Source of the DNA: Defluviitaleaceae bacterium
GTDB taxonomy: Bacteria > Bacillota > Clostridia > Lachnospirales > WRAA01
DNA: 59,524 nt
Direction of reading: 5' to 3'
Assembly (NCBI GenBank): GCA_009780015.1
Contig: WRAW01000004.1
Location: 1-59,524, forward strand
A program made the position numbers and the translations under genes. The notes below the pieces were generated by a model. That model saw nothing but the letters and a program-made list of their open reading frames with translations, was not told the DNA's origin and did not search any database. Below, piece after piece: positions 10,184-18,915 of this stretch (position 1 is its first letter; the number at the start of each line of letters is the position of its first letter).

Positions 10184-11290
10184 TTAAAGCTCAAGTTCGA
10201 GCTCAAGTTCGAGTTCAAAGGAATCCCCACCGTTTTCCCAGGCTCTTCTAATTTCCGCAAACTTATCCCCAAGCTCGGGTAAGACTCTGCCTATTTCCGG
10301 GTCAAAGTAAGTTCCTACCTCCATCATCATGATTTCCATGGCCTCTTCGTCCGAAAGAGCGGATTTTCCCGGACGGCTCATGATAAGGTTGTCATAAAAG
10401 TCCACAACCGCCATCATACGCCCCTGGATGGGTATGTCCATACCCTTGAGTCCATAGGGATAGCCCGTTCCATCCCACTTTTCGTGGTGATACGCGGCGA
10501 AGTATTTTGCGTTCTCCAGCAGCTTATTGCCCCCTGTGCGGGCTATCATCGTCTCGATAATTATCTCGCCCTTTACGGCATGAGTACGCATTACCTCAAA
10601 CTCGGCGGGTTCAAACTTGTCGGTTTTTTTGAGAATTTCGTCAGGTATGCTTATTTTCCCTATGTCGTGGAGCATTGCCGCGCTCTCTATCGTTTTGTCG
10701 TCCAACTGCTTCATTTCGTCAACGTAGATGTCGCTGTCAATCATGGCTTGCTTGAGAGCCTTCATAAACCTGGTGGTGCGCCAGATATGCCCGCCGCTCT
10801 TCTCGTCGCGGCTTTCCACAAGGTCGGCAAGTACGAACATCATGTTGTAATGCATGTTCTCCGCCTGCGCCGTGCGTTCGCGTATTATCGCGTCGACCTC
10901 CAGATGCACCCTTACGCGGTTAAGAAGCACAGGGCCGGAAAACGGCTTTGATATGAAGTCCACAATGCCCATCTCCAGGCCTCTGACCTCGACCTTGGAG
11001 TCGCGAAGGCTTGTCAGAAATATAATCGGGATATCCTTGAGCCCCTCGCTGTTCTTCATCCGCTCGAGTATTTCAAATCCGTTCATTACAGGCATCTCGA
11101 TGTCCAAAAGAATCAAGTCGGGCCGAAATTTTTCCAAAAGCGAAAACAATCTCTCCCCTGTCGACACAGTCATAACCTTGAACTGCTTCTCCAAAACCTG
11201 CTTGGCCATTGCTAGGTTTGTGTCGCTGTCATCAACGACAAATATCATCTTCTTAATTCCCTGCAACACTGCTCGCACGCTCCCATTCAT
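10184..11290 (-). CDS. Response regulator with an HD-GYP cyclic-di-GMP phosphodiesterase domain
   Basis: REC (VVDD, LLDIEMP, KPF) plus HDIGK and HHEKWDGTGYP. Confidence 0.92.
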   Translation of the reverse strand: MNGSVRAVLQGIKKMIFVVDDSDTNLAMAKQVLEKQFKVMTVSTGERLFSLLEKFRPDLILLDIEMPVMNGFEILERMKNSEGLKDIPIIFLTSLRDSKVEVRGLEMGIVDFISKPFSGPVLLNRVRVHLEVDAIIRERTAQAENMHYNMMFVLADLVESRDEKSGGHIWRTTRFMKALKQAMIDSDIYVDEMKQLDDKTIESAAMLHDIGKISIPDEILKKTDKFEPAEFEVMRTHAVKGEIIIETMIARTGGNKLLENAKYFAAYHHEKWDGTGYPYGLKGMDIPIQGRMMAVVDFYDNLIMSRPGKSALSDEEAMEIMMMEVGTYFDPEIGRVLPELGDKFAEIRRAWENGGDSFELELELELEL

Positions 11291-11454
11291 CTATGCCTAT
11301 CTATAGCCGCGGGTTTTTCCCGCTCAATAACATCTCTAAAATAAATTTACCTATCATTATATACTGTCGGCTCGACTTTGTAAAGTCGTAATGTTAAATG
11401 TTCATGACAGTCTGATTTTAGTGAAATTGCTGACTGACTCTGAGGAATATTTCG

Positions 11455-11483
11455 TTGACAACCCATTTAATCTGCATCATAAT
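11455..11483 (+). promoter_or_regulatory. Sigma-A promoter
   Basis: TTGACA-17 bp-CATAAT upstream of 11529. Confidence 0.6.
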
Positions 11484-11528
11484 TGTGGAAAGATTTAAAT
11501 AATTCTTTAAGCGAGGAGAGATGTTATA

Positions 11529-12275
11529 GTGAGTACAATTAGAGGGTTTGTGCTGGGTGTACTGGCAACGGTATTATTTAGCGGCACGCTGGTTATGGCG
11601 AATCCTGTGCTGCGTGAAATTGCTTTCGGTGTGAATGTTTCCATAAATGGCAAAATTATTCGGTTCGAGCAGGACGAGCAGCCCTTTGTCATGGAGGAGA
11701 GAACCTTCCTTCCCGTGAGGGCAATCGCCTATGCCCTTGGCCTTGAAGTCGGCTGGGACGCCGAAACGTCAACCGTATTGCTGACCGGCGGCGCTCAATC
11801 TCCTCCGCCTTCACCGGATCCCGAGCAGCCGCAGCCTCCGGTTTCCCCCGAATCCGTACAGTCTTCCTCTTTTTCGGCGGCGATGTTTGACAGCGGAGGC
11901 GGCCTCGGCGGAAGCGTTACCGCCCTGCCTTCCGTCTCAATGTTTGGCAGTTCCTTTGAAAATGCCGTAGTTTATCAAAGCACGTCAACAGGCGCCAATC
12001 TGCGCGTTTTCTCCATGCATAACCTAAACGGCCGATACAGCCGCCTTGTTGGTACAATCGGCCGGGTCGACGGCTCGGGTTCAAGAGACATAATCTATAC
12101 AATCTTTGGAGACGGCACCATTCTAGCCCAGCACGAAATGACCGCCAACGACGCGCCTGTATCTATTGATATTGACGTTACCGGAGTCTCCCTGATAAGA
12201 ATTGAAGTTGGCCGCACAAATACCCAAGGATCAGGCACCGCCGAATATGCCGTCGCCGCCCGCTTATACAGATAG
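11529..12275 (+). CDS. Secreted protein with a copper-amine-oxidase N-terminal (stalk) domain, Pro linker and NPCBM/NEW2-like domain
   Basis: Signal peptide; ERTFLPVRAIAYALGLEVGWD; C-terminal LNGRYSRLVGTIG...IDIDVTGV..IRIEV. Confidence 0.75.
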   Translation: MSTIRGFVLGVLATVLFSGTLVMANPVLREIAFGVNVSINGKIIRFEQDEQPFVMEERTFLPVRAIAYALGLEVGWDAETSTVLLTGGAQSPPPSPDPEQPQPPVSPESVQSSSFSAAMFDSGGGLGGSVTALPSVSMFGSSFENAVVYQSTSTGANLRVFSMHNLNGRYSRLVGTIGRVDGSGSRDIIYTIFGDGTILAQHEMTANDAPVSIDIDVTGVSLIRIEVGRTNTQGSGTAEYAVAARLYR

Positions 12276-12377
12276 CGGCCATAAATATACATACCTCATC
12301 AGGCTAATGTCCTTGGCGGCTATACCCAGGAGATTGTTTCACGCACACTTTCTTTTTTACGCTTCAATATTCATGTG

Positions 12378-13370
12378 CTAAATATGCGCGTGGTATAGAA
12401 AATCCAGCTTAACCTGCCAGTCTCTGCCTGTGGTAAACGAATTGTTGCCGATCATATCAAGAAAGGCGTCCAGATCGACTTCACCGCGCAGCAAACAGTC
12501 AAAGCTCTCAATAAGCCGCACGGAATCATCCACCGATTTCTGGAACATGTCGGTAAACGCGTGACTTTGGAGGCTTGAGTCTTCGTTGGGATTGTCCCAC
12601 GGATATGCCCAGGGCTCGCGCCGCAGGTTCAGGTAGTCTTGGCCGTCGGTTCGCTGGTCGTGTATCAAGCTGGAAACATATCCGCTTTCCTTCATCAGCA
12701 GCCCTTCCACGGAACCTATAAGCCGTTTGCGCCTGCCCGTACGCGACTGCAGCAGCCTGGTGATTGTCACCATGCTTGACATCGCGCGGTAGACGCTCCT
12801 CTTTCCAAGCTTGATACCGTAAACATCACTCAGCCCGCTGCTTATTACGGACGCGGCTCCGGCGGCCTGGAGGCGGCTTACTCTTATCAGCCGCCACAGC
12901 CTCTTGTCGGCCGGTTCCTGACTTGCGGCCAGCTTCAGCATCTCAATGTCCACATTTGTCTCGAAGCTTTGATGCCGTATGCTGTAGTGCAGGCTCGGGC
13001 GGCTGTCGCCCTCTGTCTTAAAGCCCGACTTATAATAAATGTACGGGTGGGCGTTGCCGTCCAGCGCGTAGTGCGTCAGATAGCCGCAAATGTACGACAG
13101 CGCCGCTTCACGTTCGCCGCCCGTCAGCTTCATGCTGTGTTCCAGCATACTCCTAAAAAATTCACTTACTCGGCTGTTGTGTATCAAATTACCCAGCCTG
13201 TATATACTGGGCCGTATCAGGCACGGGATGTAGTAGAAAAAGAAGTCGGGGCCTTGCGTACCAAGGTTGTATATCTGTCTGTTGCGCTCTATCAATCCGC
13301 CTATCCCGCTTCCCGACAGGCGTGCCGCGCTGAGTTCTCCGCACAGATAATGTGATATCATTCCGGGCAT
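12378..13370 (-). CDS. Zinc-dependent phospholipase C family protein
   Basis: MPG.ISHY, GTQGPDFFFYY and GYLTHYALD..AHPYIY motifs. Confidence 0.8.
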   Translation of the reverse strand: MPGMISHYLCGELSAARLSGSGIGGLIERNRQIYNLGTQGPDFFFYYIPCLIRPSIYRLGNLIHNSRVSEFFRSMLEHSMKLTGGEREAALSYICGYLTHYALDGNAHPYIYYKSGFKTEGDSRPSLHYSIRHQSFETNVDIEMLKLAASQEPADKRLWRLIRVSRLQAAGAASVISSGLSDVYGIKLGKRSVYRAMSSMVTITRLLQSRTGRRKRLIGSVEGLLMKESGYVSSLIHDQRTDGQDYLNLRREPWAYPWDNPNEDSSLQSHAFTDMFQKSVDDSVRLIESFDCLLRGEVDLDAFLDMIGNNSFTTGRDWQVKLDFLYHAHI

Positions 13371-13440
13371 GTCTTACCTCCAAAAAGTCACTCCATGCCG
13401 GCCGTATGTCGGCCCCGCATGAAACGTCGAGCAAAAATCC

Positions 13441-13469
13441 TTGATTCTTTCGTATCGGTGTGTTATGAT
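13441..13469 (+). promoter_or_regulatory. Probable sigma-A promoter of rubrerythrin
   Basis: TTGATT-17 bp-TATGAT. Confidence 0.5.
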
Positions 13470-13527
13470 TTTACAGGGATATTCTTCCCCTGTAAATACA
13501 CAATATTTACTATAAGCATCAAGTTAA

Positions 13528-13784
13528 GAACCTGTGTTCATAGGTGGGGATGGCGTATTAGCGAGGCGATTTTTCGCCAATCTAGGAGGTGACGACGCCG
13601 CGTACCCACAGGGTACGCAAGGATGCTGTGTGCCGGTGGCACGCGTTTAGCATCCGAAGCGCCAGCGTAGGCGGAGAAACCGACGACCCGGGGTCCCCAT
13701 AAAGCCCGGTTTTGGCTTTATGGGGTGGACTGTGGCGGAAAATCGACCGCTAAGACGCTGTTCCCATCCTATGAACACAGGTTC
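13528..13784. mobile_element. Type-A MITE-like element with cassettes X and Y
   Basis: TIR GAACCTGTGTTCATAGG / CCTATGAACACAGGTTC with a TAA/TAA duplication. Confidence 0.87.
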
Positions 13785-13814
13785 TAAGACACAATTTTGA
13801 GAGGAGTACTCTGC

Positions 13815-14357
13815 ATGGAGTTTAAAGGTTCCAGAACCGAAGCCAATCTGATGGCGGCATTTGCCGGCGAATCGCAGGCGCGCAACAAATATACCTATTA
13901 CGCCGGCCAAGCCCGGAAGCAGGGTTTTGTACACATTGCCGAAATATTCGAGGAAACCGCGAACAACGAGAAAGAGCACGCAAAGATATGGTTCAAGCTG
14001 CTTCACGGCGACAAGATTCCCGGAACCGAGGACAACCTAAAGGACGCCGCCGCCGGGGAAACCTACGAGCATGATGTGATGTACGCGGAATTCGCCAAAG
14101 TCGCACATGAGGAAGGCTTCTCCAGAATAGCCAAGCTGTTTGAAGAGGTCGCCCTGATCGAAAAATCCCACGCCGACAGATACAACCAGGTGCTGTCCAA
14201 CGTAGAAAACAAGCGTGTCTTTGAGAAACCGGCCTCTGTAGTCTGGTACTGCTCCAACTGCGGCTACCTTCGTGAAGACAAGCACGCCCCCGAGGTCTGT
14301 CCCGTCTGCACCCATCCGCAGAGCTTCTTCTACCCTAAGAACGAGAATTACAAATAG
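13815..14357 (+). CDS. rbr: Rubrerythrin
   Basis: NLMAAFAGESQARNKY, EKEHA, EKSHA and C-terminal CxxC...CxxC; GAGGAG RBS. Confidence 0.95.
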   Translation: MEFKGSRTEANLMAAFAGESQARNKYTYYAGQARKQGFVHIAEIFEETANNEKEHAKIWFKLLHGDKIPGTEDNLKDAAAGETYEHDVMYAEFAKVAHEEGFSRIAKLFEEVALIEKSHADRYNQVLSNVENKRVFEKPASVVWYCSNCGYLREDKHAPEVCPVCTHPQSFFYPKNENYK

Positions 14358-14534
14358 ACCTCTTCAGAAATTGGGCAATGCCGGATTTGTGCGGATTTTT
14401 GCCGCAAGGCAAGGAATGACAAACGCCGGTACTCGCAGTGATACACAAGTGCGGAGTGACGCAGCATTGAGGCAATAAGACCACAAAGACGTGCGGGGCA
14501 TTAGTGTCAACACACCCTAATTTCCGAAGAGGTC
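14357..14534. mobile_element. Type-C palindromic element
   Basis: TA|GACCTCTTCAGAAATT ... AATTTCCGAAGAGGTC|TA with a degenerate AAGG..GACGC core. Confidence 0.75.
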
Positions 14535-14620
14535 TAGTAGTGACGCAAATCCTGCGACAGGAGGCCAGACCGTTCCATGGCCTCCTGTTTCCGGCTGGAG
14601 TATATATAGGACTGTAAAAT

Positions 14621-15823
14621 ATGTTACGTAGCAAACAAAGACTCAAATGGGTTCCATACATAGCTTTGACGGCCATTATCCTGGTCTGCCTGGCAGTACT
14701 TGGGCTGCTTGGCCAAACCGGCGGCCTGTTCACGGCCGGCGCCTCCGTTCGCAGCGCCTCCAGCTTCCGGGACTTGCCCCGGGGGGTCTCGTTTGAGGGC
14801 GCAAGCGGGCCTGTTTTTCATGCCTTCAACTCTGCCGGCTATGCTTTTGCCACCCGCGACGGCGTGCGCTTTATCGGAGCAAACGGCGAGATCACCCAGG
14901 AGTACGTATTCACGCTTGGAAACGTTCACCTTTACGCCAACCAAGACCACTTCATCGTTTACGAGCCGGGAGGAAGCGACGCGCGCGTCTTTTCACCCTC
15001 GGGAATGATGTACCATAGAGCCTTCGACGGCCGGATCCTGTCCGCAAGCGTCAACAGCTCCGGCAGTTCGGCGTTCGTCGTCAGAACTACAGCGTCCTAC
15101 AAAACGCGCCTGTTTGACCCAAGCGGAGCCGAGCCGCCCGCCATGAGATACATTGTCCACGCCGACGAAAACGTTTTCCCCGTAAGCGCCGCCATTTCCG
15201 AAGACGGCCGGATAGCGGCCGTAGCGCTGCTGGACGTAGACGGGGCGAACGTGCTCAGCCGGCTGGCCTTTTACTATCTTAACGAGCAGGCCCAAAGCCA
15301 CAGCGAAGGATTGTTCGCGCGGCTTCAATTCGACAACGAGGTAGCAGGACGGCTCATGTTCTTCCCTGACGGCAGCCTGGCCATATTCTCCGACAGAACC
15401 ATCAGGCAGATCAGCTTCTTGGGCGACGTTGTGGCCGAAACCTCCGTAATAACGCTTGGCAACCGCATCTCCCGCCTTACAAGAACGGGCGGCGGCTTCG
15501 CCGCGGCTCTTGGCGAAGGCTTCGTCGGCATGGACTCCGACCGCGCCGGAACCGTAATCTCATTCGACAGCGCTCTGTCAGAACGCTTCCGCTTCAACCC
15601 CGACCGCAACACCACATACATCTGGGCCAACGACAACGCCCTGGTCGTCGGGGCCGGAAGAAGCATCTACGGTCTGTCCCGCGACGGCCGCGTACTCTGG
15701 AACTACAACGCCACCCAGGACTACAGCCAGGTTTTAATGCTCGAAAACAGGGATACAATTCTATTTGCGGCACGAAGCGAGGCGCGTGTAATGCGCCGGG
15801 CCACCGGTTTCAGCTTGCAATAA
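14621..15823 (+). CDS. Membrane-anchored beta-propeller-like protein (DUF5711-like)
   Basis: One N-terminal TM segment, beta-rich repeats, located upstream of cvpA. Confidence 0.6.
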   Translation: MLRSKQRLKWVPYIALTAIILVCLAVLGLLGQTGGLFTAGASVRSASSFRDLPRGVSFEGASGPVFHAFNSAGYAFATRDGVRFIGANGEITQEYVFTLGNVHLYANQDHFIVYEPGGSDARVFSPSGMMYHRAFDGRILSASVNSSGSSAFVVRTTASYKTRLFDPSGAEPPAMRYIVHADENVFPVSAAISEDGRIAAVALLDVDGANVLSRLAFYYLNEQAQSHSEGLFARLQFDNEVAGRLMFFPDGSLAIFSDRTIRQISFLGDVVAETSVITLGNRISRLTRTGGGFAAALGEGFVGMDSDRAGTVISFDSALSERFRFNPDRNTTYIWANDNALVVGAGRSIYGLSRDGRVLWNYNATQDYSQVLMLENRDTILFAARSEARVMRRATGFSLQ

Positions 15824-15848
15824 ACCCTGCGACTTGAAAGGATATCTA

Positions 15849-16553
15849 ATGGACATCTCTGCAATAAGCGGACTCGACGTACTCATTGTAATAATACTGG
15901 TTCTCAGCATCTTCCACGGCTACCGGCGCGGGCTGATAAGGGCCGTATTTGATCTGCTCTCAAACATTATAGCGCTCGTCGCAACCTACTTCCTCTCGGG
16001 CGCGCTCGCCTCATTCCTGCGCCAAACGCCGCTGTTTACATGGATACAGACAGGCATAGCCAACGCCCTTGGTCTCAGCGACATGATAAGCGAGAACATA
16101 AACAACGTCATCGTCCAGGCGGACACAATCGCGGGGCTGCCCCTGCCCGAAAATATCCGCGCCATGCTGCACGAGCACAACAATCCCGAAGTTCACAGCG
16201 TTCTGGGCATAACAATGCTCGAAGACTACATCACGGGCTTCGTCGCGACAATGATAATCAACCTGATTAGCGCGATAGCCGTATTCCTGACGGTGTTCGC
16301 GATACTCATGCTGATCTCGCAGGGCTTGCGCGTATTTAACTATCTCCCTGTCTTCGGCAAGCTAAACCGAATGGGGGGGGCGCTGGCCGGAGCGGCAATC
16401 GGCACGTTCCTGATATGGCTGATCTTCGCGGTGATGACCCTTCTGCCGCTTACCGGAGATTATGATCTTACAAGAGACACGATAATAGCCGGCTTCTTCT
16501 ACGAGAACAATCTGCTGCTGGACTTCTTCGTCGACATATCATTGCAGCTATAG
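15849..16553 (+). CDS. CvpA (colicin V production) family membrane protein
   Basis: LDVLIVIILV.SIFHGYRRGLI and LNRMGGALAG motifs. Confidence 0.85.
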   Translation: MDISAISGLDVLIVIILVLSIFHGYRRGLIRAVFDLLSNIIALVATYFLSGALASFLRQTPLFTWIQTGIANALGLSDMISENINNVIVQADTIAGLPLPENIRAMLHEHNNPEVHSVLGITMLEDYITGFVATMIINLISAIAVFLTVFAILMLISQGLRVFNYLPVFGKLNRMGGALAGAAIGTFLIWLIFAVMTLLPLTGDYDLTRDTIIAGFFYENNLLLDFFVDISLQL

Positions 16554-16562
16554 CGGAAGTCA

Positions 16563-16597
16563 TATAGTGAAACAACTTGAGAAGTTGTTTCACTATA
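16563..16597. mobile_element. Collapsed type-E element (TIRs only)
   Basis: TATAGTGAAACAACTT-gag-AAGTTGTTTCACTATA, the same ends as 53788-53894. Confidence 0.75.
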
Positions 16598-16621
16598 AAA
16601 CCAGAATTTGATCCGCATTAA

Positions 16622-16786
16622 GAGCCTGTATTCAGTACCCGGAATGCTGGATTAGCGAGCCTGATTTTACGCCAATCTAGGAGAAAGCGACGCCGCGTAC
16701 CCGAAGCGGTACGCAAGGAGCTGACGACGACGAGTGGCGTAAAATCAGCCGCTAAGGCAGCGTTTCGGCGTACTGAATACAGGTTC
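16622..16786. mobile_element. Type-A MITE-like element with the canonical cassette-free core
   Basis: TIR GAGCCTGTATTCAGTAC / GTACTGAATACAGGTTC with a TAA/TAA duplication. Confidence 0.87.
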
Positions 16787-16808
16787 TAAAAACAGGAGGC
16801 TAGATACA

Positions 16809-17171
16809 ATGTACACCAAGACCAAGAACGACATCGGCGTCATAGCGATAGACTACGAGGTAATCGCGCGCGTGGCCGGGCTTGCCGCCATGGATTCCTA
16901 CGGCGTCGTCGGTATGGCGGCCAAGAGCATACGCGACGGAATCTCCCACGTGCTCAAGCGCGAGAGTCTTACAAAGGGCATTATACTCTCCCGCAAAGAC
17001 GACTTTATCAACATAGACCTGCATATAATCGTCGAATACGGCACAAATATTTCAGCAATCTCGCAGTCGCTTATGGACGCCGTAAAGTACCGCGTGGAAG
17101 AATACGTCGGCGTGAGAGTGCTGAACGTCAATATCTACGTTGACGGCATCCGGCTTACCAACGCTTACTAA
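16809..17171 (+). CDS. yloU: Asp23/Gls24 family protein (YloU-like)
   Basis: VIARVAG.AA..SYGVVGM and IDLHIIVEYGTNI motifs; upstream of the DAK2 gene. Confidence 0.9.
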   Translation: MYTKTKNDIGVIAIDYEVIARVAGLAAMDSYGVVGMAAKSIRDGISHVLKRESLTKGIILSRKDDFINIDLHIIVEYGTNISAISQSLMDAVKYRVEEYVGVRVLNVNIYVDGIRLTNAY

Positions 17172-17184
17172 ACAGGAGGACGCT

Positions 17185-18897
17185 TTGGAAACGCATCTGA
17201 AAATTACGCAAATAGACGCGCAAGCATTTAAAAACGCGCTTATCGCCGCCGCAAACGCTCTAGTCGAAAAACGCGACACAATCAACTCTCTGAACGTATT
17301 CCCCGTACCCGACGGGGACACCGGGACAAACATGTCCCTCACCCTGATGGCCGCCGCCAAGGAGGCCCGCTCCGTCATATCTCAAAACGTCAGCGACGTC
17401 GCCAAAGCAGCCTCTTCCGGCGCTCTTCGCGGTGCGCGCGGCAACTCCGGCGTCATCCTAAGCCAGTTGTTCCGCGGTTTTTCCCGCGGGCTGAGCTCCG
17501 CCGCCGCCGTAGCGACCATCGCCGCGGAAGACCTGTCCCGCGCGTTCGCCGGATCTACCCAAGCCGCTTACAGCGCCGTAATGAAGCCTCGAGAGGGTAC
17601 AATCCTGACCATCTCCCGAGCCATAAGCGAACGCGCCGCGAGCTTCCGCAAAAGCGACAACCCTGACCGCGACGACGTTGTAAAGCTGCTGGACGCCGTA
17701 CTGGAACACGGACGCAAGGTACTGCCCCAAACCACCAACATGCTGCCCGAGTTAAAAGCCGCCGGCGTGGTGGACGCAGGAGGCGAGGGCCTGCTGACTA
17801 TCTGGGAAGCCGTCCGCGAGTCCCTATTCAAATCCGGCGAAATCGAGCTGATCGAAGAAATGGGCGCGTCAACCGCAGCAGCAGCCTCCACCCATATCCG
17901 GGAAGTCGACATACAATTTACCTATTGCACCGAATTTTTTATAAACGTTGACCCTGCCCGCGTTAAACCAAATCTCGAAACCTCCATGATGAGCTACCTG
18001 GAAAAACACGGCGACTCTATCGTGGTCGTCCGGGACGAAGGGCTCGTCAAGGTACACACCCATACCAACCATCCCGGCAACGTGCTGGAATACGCCCTGA
18101 CCCTTGGTTCGCTGAGCAGCGTCAAGATCGACAACATGCGCGAGCAAAACCACGAGATGGCCTCATTTATTCCGCAGCCCTCCGGCAACACGCTCTCCTC
18201 AAATACGCTTGCGTCTCAGGCGGTGGTCCCCCTAACTGGCGACATCGGCTTTATCGCTGTGTCCAGCGGCGGCGGATTTGCCGAAATATTCACAAAATTG
18301 GGCGTTACGCACATAATTGAAGGAGGGCAGACAATGAACCCCTCCACAGACGACATACTCAAAGCCGCGGAATCAATCCCGGCTCCCGACATATTTGTCC
18401 TGCCCAACAACAAGAACATCATCCTAGCCGCCAGGCAAGCCGCCGAAATGATAAACGGCAAGACTCTGCACGTGCTGAACACCAAGTCCGTGCCGCAAGG
18501 CATCGCGGCCATGGTTTCCTTTGTACCCGGGGTCAGTGCCGCAGACAATTTCAGCCAAATGACGGATGCCGCCAAGTCCGTAACAACCGGCCAGGTAACA
18601 TACGCCGTGCGTGATACCGAGCTTGACGGCCGCACAATCTCCGAGGGAGACATCCTTGGCCTCGTCGAAAACGAAATTGTCGCAAGCTCCAAGACAGTGG
18701 CCGACTGCGCGGCTCAAGTTCTGGCAATGCTCGCGGTCGACGAGCCCGGCCTAATAAGCATCTACGCCGGAGCCGACGTACTCGAAACCGACTCCGGCGC
18801 GCTGCTCCAAGACTTCCAAACCAACTTCCCAGATATCGAAATAGAGTTTCACAACGGCGGACAGCCTCTGTACTACTACGTTTTCTCTGCCGAATAA
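17185..18897 (+). CDS. fakA: DAK2-domain fatty acid kinase subunit FakA (YloV)
   Basis: LNVFPVPDGDTGTNM, GARGNSGVILSQ, YCTEF, GGQTMNPS and GGQPLYYY motifs; TTG start after AGGAGG. Confidence 0.92.
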   Translation: METHLKITQIDAQAFKNALIAAANALVEKRDTINSLNVFPVPDGDTGTNMSLTLMAAAKEARSVISQNVSDVAKAASSGALRGARGNSGVILSQLFRGFSRGLSSAAAVATIAAEDLSRAFAGSTQAAYSAVMKPREGTILTISRAISERAASFRKSDNPDRDDVVKLLDAVLEHGRKVLPQTTNMLPELKAAGVVDAGGEGLLTIWEAVRESLFKSGEIELIEEMGASTAAAASTHIREVDIQFTYCTEFFINVDPARVKPNLETSMMSYLEKHGDSIVVVRDEGLVKVHTHTNHPGNVLEYALTLGSLSSVKIDNMREQNHEMASFIPQPSGNTLSSNTLASQAVVPLTGDIGFIAVSSGGGFAEIFTKLGVTHIIEGGQTMNPSTDDILKAAESIPAPDIFVLPNNKNIILAARQAAEMINGKTLHVLNTKSVPQGIAAMVSFVPGVSAADNFSQMTDAAKSVTTGQVTYAVRDTELDGRTISEGDILGLVENEIVASSKTVADCAAQVLAMLAVDEPGLISIYAGADVLETDSGALLQDFQTNFPDIEIEFHNGGQPLYYYVFSAE

Positions 18898-18915
18898 TAC
18901 AATGACTTGGATGTA

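Noticed and set aside
10180-10272. Kinase start at 10272 as given in the ORF track
   Set aside because: It overlaps the HD-GYP gene by 89 bp and adds non-PAS, low-complexity sequence; a later start is more plausible, though not proven.
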